DNA from: Cenococcum geophilum
Lineage: Eukaryota
Assembly: GCA_050273025.1 (NCBI GenBank)
Contig: CP158636.1
Span: 11,098,001 to 11,162,000 of the forward strand
DNA: 64,000 nucleotides
Reading direction: 5' to 3'
Shown: positions 57,239 through 64,000 of the stretch, in pieces
Layout of the letters: every line of letters begins with the position of its first letter
Numbering within the stretch: position 1 is the first letter of the stretch
Position numbers and translations under genes: made by a program
Notes under the pieces: model-generated
What the model saw: only the letters and a program-made list of their open reading frames with translations
Database searches by the model: none
Told to the model about the DNA's origin: nothing

Positions 57239-60134
57239 TCAAGTGCTGAAGTCCATCCCAAGCGCCAACTCGCTCTCATCCCACCGCATCACCTGCGGCG
57301 CACCCACCGCGCCCGCAAACTCTGGCAGCTGCTCCCATTGCTCAAACCGGAAGCAATCCAGCCCGCCATCCGCACCACCACCGCCAACATCTCCATCCTC
57401 ACCCACACAAATCTCCCCCCCATCACCCACACACTCAATCTCAGGAATCGCACCCCACCCCCCCGCCGCTGCCCCCTCAGCAGCCGCCACCACCGCCCCC
57501 CGCTGGACCCCCCACCGGCCCTCCTCCAGCAAGCCCTCAAAGGCCGTGACATCGCCCAGCACGCCGAGATCCTCGAGCGCGTCGCGGCGGTCGAACCCCG
57601 GCGCGGCGGCCTCGACGCCGTGCGCCTTCTTGAACAGCGCCAACCACTCTGGGTTGTCCGCCGCCGTCTGGTTCCACGGGTCGTCGTCGCCGTACAGGAT
57701 GCGGCGCGCCTGGCGCTGCAGCAGCTCGTCCGGGACGCTGCCGCCCTGCTCCATCTGCTGCTGCGCGAACCGGCCGAGCCGGAGCGTTAGGATCTCCCAG
57801 CACGTCGCCGTGCTGCTGTTGGCGGGTGGGTTGCTGCCGCTGATGCTGCTGTTGCCCGGGGTTTGTAGCGGGGAGGTGGGGGCGGTGGTGGAGGAGGAGT
57901 GGGTGGTGGTGAGGTTGCTGGTCCAGGTGGAGGGAGTGATGGAGGGCCCGCTGGTGGTAGTGGTGGTGGAGAGGAGGGGGTCGGAGTGGGGGGTGTAGCC
58001 GGCGGCTTGGAGGGAGACATCGCCCCATTCCTGCGCGTAGAAACCCCCGGTGCAGCTCGCGGCGGTAGGGATCGCGGCCTCCAGGTCCGGCGAGGTGAGG
58101 TAGAGCGTGTGGTGCGCCATGCTGGCGGTGTTGCTGGCCGAGAACGGGAACGGGCTCTTGCTCTCATTCGCGATGAGGTACGGTGGCATGGCGTTGGTGA
58201 CCTGGGCGGCGACGTGCGCTTCGAGCCCTCGGCACCCTTTCCAGTCCTTCATCTGCGCGCCGTTGCGGAATTCCTTGGCCAGGTGGTCCGCGCGGTCTTG
58301 CCATTTGGTGAATTCTTGCGCGCAGAACCCGCAGCGCGATTTGATGTATGTGACTTCGGATTTCCAGTTTTCCATGCTGGGAGTCATTTTGCAGCTGTGC
58401 ATGAGGCGGAGATGCTGCCGGAGATGGTCTTTGCGATAGAAGGTTCGTGCTTCAAGACCTTTCTCTTCGCAGGCTGAGTGGTTGTGCGTTTCGAGATGCT
58501 CAGCGGTGGGGTCCAACGCATCGCAGTAGACGCATTTGCGCTGGCCAGAGGCTGAGCATGTTATTACATCCCCAAGCGGAGCACAGATCCACTTCTCTAA
58601 GCTCAGGTGCAGCGATTTCTCGTGCCGGGACCAGTCATACTTTGACTTGAATCTGTCCGTGCAGAAGGTGCACTGGAAGAGACGTTGGCTGGCAGAATTC
58701 AAGTCTGGTTTTGGCATTCGAGGAGGGACACGATGGCGGCGGCGGCGGTCTTTCTTCGAGTTGCTATTGAGCGAGTTGAAGGAGTTGAGGGAGTTGCGGG
58801 ATCCGTGGGACCATGCGGAGTTGAGAGATTGGGCGGATCCAGATGAGAAGTTTGTGAAGCCCGTTTCTAAAGAGGTCGTCGAAGGGGCGCGGAAGATGGA
58901 GAAGCTTCCGGAGCTGCCATTCGAGTCCTGCTTGCGCGCACCGTAACTGCTGGAGAGGCTAGGAGGTTCTGGTGGATCGAAGTTTTCCACGGCCTTGGCA
59001 ATGGCCGTTAGAGGCGCAGGTTCGTTTTCAGGGGGAGAGTGCTTCCATCGTTCGAAGGGATTCATGGATTCCCAATTTCGGTCTGAGGGTATGTTGATGG
59101 CTGCTGTAGATGGACGAAGGCTAGGTGACGCGGCTCGTTTCGGTCGAGCCTTCTGCCTTCGCCTCGTGTTAGCCATCCAGTTTGAGATTTGGCTGCTAGT
59201 TAGCCCAGTTTTATTCTTGAGCTCCTCTTTATCTTTTTCAGTTGGGTAGGGATGGTCGATGTGCTCGTCCATCCAATCCTTCAAGATCTTGACTGCTGAT
59301 CGCGCGAACCTAGCACTACCTTTTCTTGAGCCTTTATCGTTTTCATCATCATCTCGTTCAATTGGCCCAACGTGACCAAGACATCGCATGGGCTTGATGC
59401 CGGTAAGGCCACCAAAGCAGTGAGCGGTATCTTCCCTGACCACATCTAATGTGTCGAGGGCATGCTTTGACTTTTGCTGGCGGGCACCAGGCTGGCTGAA
59501 GCTGCAAGGCCGGAAAAGGGCACTGCACGGTGAACAAGCGCTCTGACCCTCATATGTGATGAAGCACTCGAGGTGTCGCGAGCTGCAGTAATCGCAAGCA
59601 TGTTCGGGCTTCGAATATCGGGGAATCCAGCTGGAGAAATCGTTGTTCCACTCAGCTTTCACCGAATCCTCGAGCGTGGGTTCTTGGATTTCATAGTCGC
59701 CTATGAAGCCATGGCATATGCATCTGAGAACCATTAGTAAGGGCACGATGCGGCTACGCGTGACTGATTGAAGACAGCAGATAGAAGGATATCATGAATA
59801 ATCAGGCAGAGTGGAACCGTCTTGGTCATAAGAGGCCCCGCTGTAATGCCAAGACTTGAGAGAAAGACAGCTTTTGAGATGGTTCTTGCCTATGATAAGA
59901 GATGTGGTAAAGAAGTGGACACAAAACGGTCTCGGCAACTCAAGATGCTCAGGAGAATAAGTGGACTAACCCATCTGCAGAGTCGGTGCCATGTGCTGGA
60001 CACAAACTACGCCCTGTGGAAACAATAGTGGGAACTTCGACATCATCTGTATGGTCTTGTGGCACATCAGGCATGGCGGCCTCGCCAAAGTCAAAGTATT
60101 CGGCCATATCCGACTGGATATTGGAGTTATCCAT
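57239..60134 (-). CDS. Homeobox (TALE-type) and C2H2 zinc-finger transcription factor with N-terminal six-Cys cluster
   Basis: CDYCSSRHLEC..CSPCSALFRPC, HIDHPYPT..QISNWMANTRRR, FQCTFCTDRFKSKYDWSRHEKSLH and RKDHLRQHLRLMH. The first exon starts MDNSNIQS at 60134, followed by a ~240-bp intron. Confidence 0.92.
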
Positions 60135-61172
60135 GGTGGTGGCAGGATGAAGCACGCACGCGAGAAACCAGAACAGCAAAGGGGCTCGCCCTACGGACGA
60201 TTGACAGAGGACTACACGCCCTCCGCACAACAAGGTGACAAGATTGATTACGCCGGGTGGAGAGAAATGACGGGAGACGGGAGAGGATGTAGGGACAGCA
60301 AGGTGTAAATGCGAGTTGATTCAGGCTTGAGCCAGCAAGAGTCACATCATTCTCGGATCTGCAGACCGAATCCGGTGTGGTAGGGAGTGGAAGGGCGTGC
60401 ATGGTTGAAGGCCTGTCCGACGCTTACCAACGATCCCGCCAATGGTTTAGTGTCGCCCCGCTGACCATGAATTTCAGCCCTAGACGTTCCGTAATCGGAG
60501 TCGCAGCCTATCACGTCCCCTCCTCCGGCCTTTTTAGAAGCCCGACAAACCTTCTAGAACCCGCGGAGATGTCGCGTTATGTGGGGATGAAAACCCCTCC
60601 TGGGTGCTTTTGGGGATGCGCCGGGTTTTGCCGGTGCCATGACCTGCATGCTGCTGATTTAAGGTAAGGCGCAGTGCTTTGCAACTTTGGACATAGTCCT
60701 ATCAACAAAAAAGTCTCCGATTCGGTTTTTGAAGGCTGAAGGGATACGAAGAGAACCGAGTGAGATGCAACCTTTGCTTTTAGAGAGGGGGGAACGGTAA
60801 AGAAATGCGATGAATGCGAGCGCTCCACCGTCCCTCAATCACGTACTCTTTTCTTGGCAGATTCATCTGTGAACTTATCTCATAAATAGGATTAGGCCCA
60901 CCTCTCTTATATATTTAGGTGCGATCCACAGTCTATAAATAAGTAGATTAATAGGTCATTAATCTAGAAAGGGACGTCGCGGGAATGTAGTAGTTACCTA
61001 TGCAATTGGTTGGCGCGCGGGTCTGTATTACCACTAAAACGTGGATAGATTAATTCAAGCGATATTGCGATCAAAACAGTAATACAAAAGCTTCAATTTG
61101 GCCTATTTGAAATATATAAGCTCATTGTTGATTTTATTATAAATTAATTAAATATCACCTTTATGTGGCTCG

Positions 61173-64000
61173 CTACGTGAACTCCGCCGCTTTCCAGAGC
61201 CTAACGGTAGAATCGTACGATGCCGACGCGACCAGCATGCCGTCCGGCGAGAAGGCGACGTCGCGGACTTCACCCGAATGGCCCTCGAGCGTCTGCAGCG
61301 CCGCTCCCGTGTTCGCATCCCAGAGCCTGACGGTGTGATCGAGCGATGCCGACGCGACCAGCTTGCCGTCCGGCGAGAAGGCAACGGCGCAGACCAAATT
61401 CGAATGGCCCTCGAGCGTCTGCAGCGCCGCTCCCGTGGCTGCGTCCCAGAGCCTGATGGTGTGATCGAACGATGCCGACGCGACCAGCTTACCGTCCGGC
61501 GAGAAGGCGACGGCACTGACCTCACCCGAATGGCCCTCGAGCGTCTGCAGCGCCGCTCCCGTGCTCGCATCCCAGAGCCTGACGGTGTGATCGAGCGATG
61601 CCGACGCGACCAGCGTGCCGTCCGGCGAGAAGGCGACGGCGCTGGCCTCATCCAAATGGCCCTCGAGCGTCTGCAGCGCCGCTCCCGTGGCTGCGTCCCA
61701 GAGTCTAACAACGCGATCGAACGATAACGATGCCGACGATAACGATGCCGACGCAACCAGCTTGCCGTTCGGCGAGAAGGCGACGTCGCAGACCTCACCC
61801 GAATGGCCCTCGAGCGTCTGCAGCGCCGCTCCCGTGCCAGCGTCCCAGAGCCTAACGGTGCAATCGTACGATGCTGACGCGACCAGCTTGCCGTCCGGCG
61901 AGAAGGCGATGTCGCGGACCTCATCCGAATGGCCCTCGAGCGTCTGCAGCGCCGCTCCCGTAGCTGCATCCCAGAGCCTGACGGTGTGATCGAACGATGC
62001 CGACGCGACCAGCTTGCCGTCCGGCGAGAAGGCAACGGCGCAGACCAAATTCGAATGGCCCTCGAGCGTCTGCAGCGCCGCTCCCGTGGCTGCGTCCCAG
62101 AGCCTGATGGTGCGGTCGTCCGATGCCGACGCGACCAGCTTGCCGTCCGGCGAGAAGGCGACGGCGTTGACAATGTCCGAATGGCCCTGTAAAACTTTTA
62201 AAATATGGTATATTACCGTAACAGGGTTGCAGCCGACGCTGTCTCTTTCATGGCTTTGGGATTGGGAGGATGAGCTGAAGACAATATGATCAGATTCGTT
62301 ACTTAACGAGATTAGGTTTCGGTGATGCTTGTCGCGCTCATGCTTTTGAAGTTCCTGCGAAGTTTCAAAGCGCAATGTGCAGCCACGGTAAACGCAAGTG
62401 TAGGTATCGGGGTCGACGGCAGAAGATGCTGGCTGTGTCGAGACCCCGTTTTCAAGTGCCGCTGAGGAAAGCTTAACAGAGCGTAAACGCACGGATCTTG
62501 GAATTGTTGGTGGTGTATCTTCGTGGTTCTCCCTCATGTGGCGCTTGAGTGCTTCCAAAGATCCAAAACTTAAACCATAAGAACAACTAGAGTTATTACA
62601 TAGCAGTGGCGGAGCATGGATGAGTTCGTGTTGCCTACGAAGCTGATCATTTGCAAATCCAGTCGTCGATTGTGTGCAGCCGAAGAAACGACAGACAAAG
62701 GCTGTTGGCCCGTATGTAGATTTGAATATAGACAATTGTCCATTCGTAAGACCGGGAAAGCTGTCGGACCCAAGTAATTGATGTACCCGATTCAGATAAC
62801 TATGTAGCATATTGCTGAACGGAGTGGGGTCTCGCTCTTGAGACCGTGTAGTATCTACGTGAGCACGTTTAATTAGCAACTATCTTTGGTCTCGTTCCAA
62901 AGATACGGAAGCACAGCGCAAAGAGCCGTGGACGTGGGCGTACGCCCAAGTGGTTCCGAATATCTTACAAACCGAAAGGCACGTACTGATTCCACGCGCA
63001 GAGTGGTCACAAAATGTACTCATGTTTCGCATACATGGAATAGATTAACTGTACATACCAAAGTTGGTTTCTAACTGTTTCCTCTGTTGCGAATCTCGGA
63101 ATGCAACTATTTTGCTGGCCAGTCTGTGAATTTCAGGGCAATCCGCTAAATAAGCAAGGCGTCCATCGACTGAGAGAAAGCGATCTCGCGGAGGCGCAGA
63201 ATTGCTCAAATTTTGCACTTCGTAGCGCTTTTGTAAATCAACAAGTCGGCCAAGTTGATGGCGAAGGGAACCGGATTCGTTGGTATTGAGACTACCACCG
63301 GCATGAATATAAGAGGAGAGATGGTCAATCCAGTACTCATTTGCATACAAGTAGAGTGCGTGAAACCCTCTACCAACATTGGCGGTACGGTGGTCTTCCG
63401 GAGACCTAGCATTAATGAGGCCGATACTAAATCCAATGCATGCAACGCATGCCGTCGTGAGATCATATTCCGCTTTCGGTTGCTTCAAAAACGGGCCGCT
63501 AAGTTTATGCACAAGATATCTTACGGAAATTAGCCGTCGCCAATGTTGAGCAACGTGTCGCCCTTACTCGTGAACGGAGAAGTGAACAAATGTCACTATC
63601 CCGTTAAAGCCATCCTCAATCAGCGGTCTGCAAAGGTGCAATACTGTCTCTGATAGTTTCTCGCCCTCATTCGGAGTATCGCCAGCTGTAGGGAAAGCTA
63701 GAGCATTTTGGAGTTCAAATTTCTGAAGGGGTCGTTTTGCGAAGGCAATCCACTCCAGAATACGAATGGCCTTTTTAAAACTCTGGGGGCTGAGGTTCCT
63801 AATTCTATCAAGGATCCGCTCATAGCTAGTAAAAGAGTAAGCAACAATACAACAGATTATGTGTAGGCCATATAGCGCACTCACAAATCCTTCAGACCTG
63901 TTGGAAGACTTCGAACAACAGTTTTCAACTCGCTAGTGCTATATACATCATCTTCCAAGACACCTAGTACAAGCCGGACCCACAGAAACATCCCTTTTCA
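61173..64000 (-). CDS. NLR-like protein, 5'-truncated by the window: NACHT C-terminal helical/WH region - 3x C2H2 - 8x WD40
   Basis: KGMFLWVRLVL, YERILDRI..ILEWIAFAKRPL..FVHFSV and LYLYANEYWIDHL are NACHT-associated. Zinc fingers are CRFFGC..HELIH, CNNSSC..HMRENH and CVYRGC..HERDKH, followed by HET-E-like WD40 repeats. The exons can be joined by GT..AG introns (e.g. ~63058-62855). Confidence 0.85.
61190..62190 (-). repeat. 126-bp tandem array of 8 highly conserved WD40 repeats
   Basis: Unit ALQTLEGHSxxVxxVAFSPDGKLVASASxDxTVRLWDAxTGA, with near-invariant DNA tggccctcgagcgtctgcagcgccgctcccgt. Confidence 0.97.

Noticed and set aside
57216..58946. Multiple long overlapping ORFs antisense to the homeobox gene
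   Set aside because: Explained by high GC and scarcity of stops; low-complexity translations.
61148..62289. Arg/Ser-rich alternative-frame and antisense ORFs over the WD40 array
   Set aside because: Frame shadows of a GC-rich 126-bp coding repeat.

Overview
Eukaryotic DNA from a filamentous ascomycete, judged from GT..AG introns with CTAAC/CTGAC branch sites, fungal-specific gene families and RIP signatures. Bases 1 to ~10200 form an AT-rich, RIP-degraded block holding a near full-length pseudogene of the proteasome activator Blm10/PA200 and a ~0.5-kb duplicated segment. Next comes a four-gene accessory module: a 7-TM protein, a coiled-coil protein with a GrpE-like tail, a divergently transcribed atypical HSPA12-like Hsp70, and a single-TM proline-rich protein. 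Core genes follow: GH76 mannanase, glycerol-3-phosphate acyltransferase, hemerythrin-like protein, GST, APSES factor, TOP2, SNU23 and a homeobox-C2H2 factor. There are two NLR-like genes with highly conserved internal repeats (SesB-like lipase-NACHT-13xANK, and a partial NACHT-3xC2H2-8xWD40). A Zn2Cys6 regulator is paired with an intronless, bacterial-looking SnoaL-MDR fusion. A two-ORF DD34E Tc1-like transposon with 115-bp TIRs sits ~215 bp upstream of TOP2. Family calls come from manual translation and motif recognition; no database search was run, and exon boundaries are by eye.
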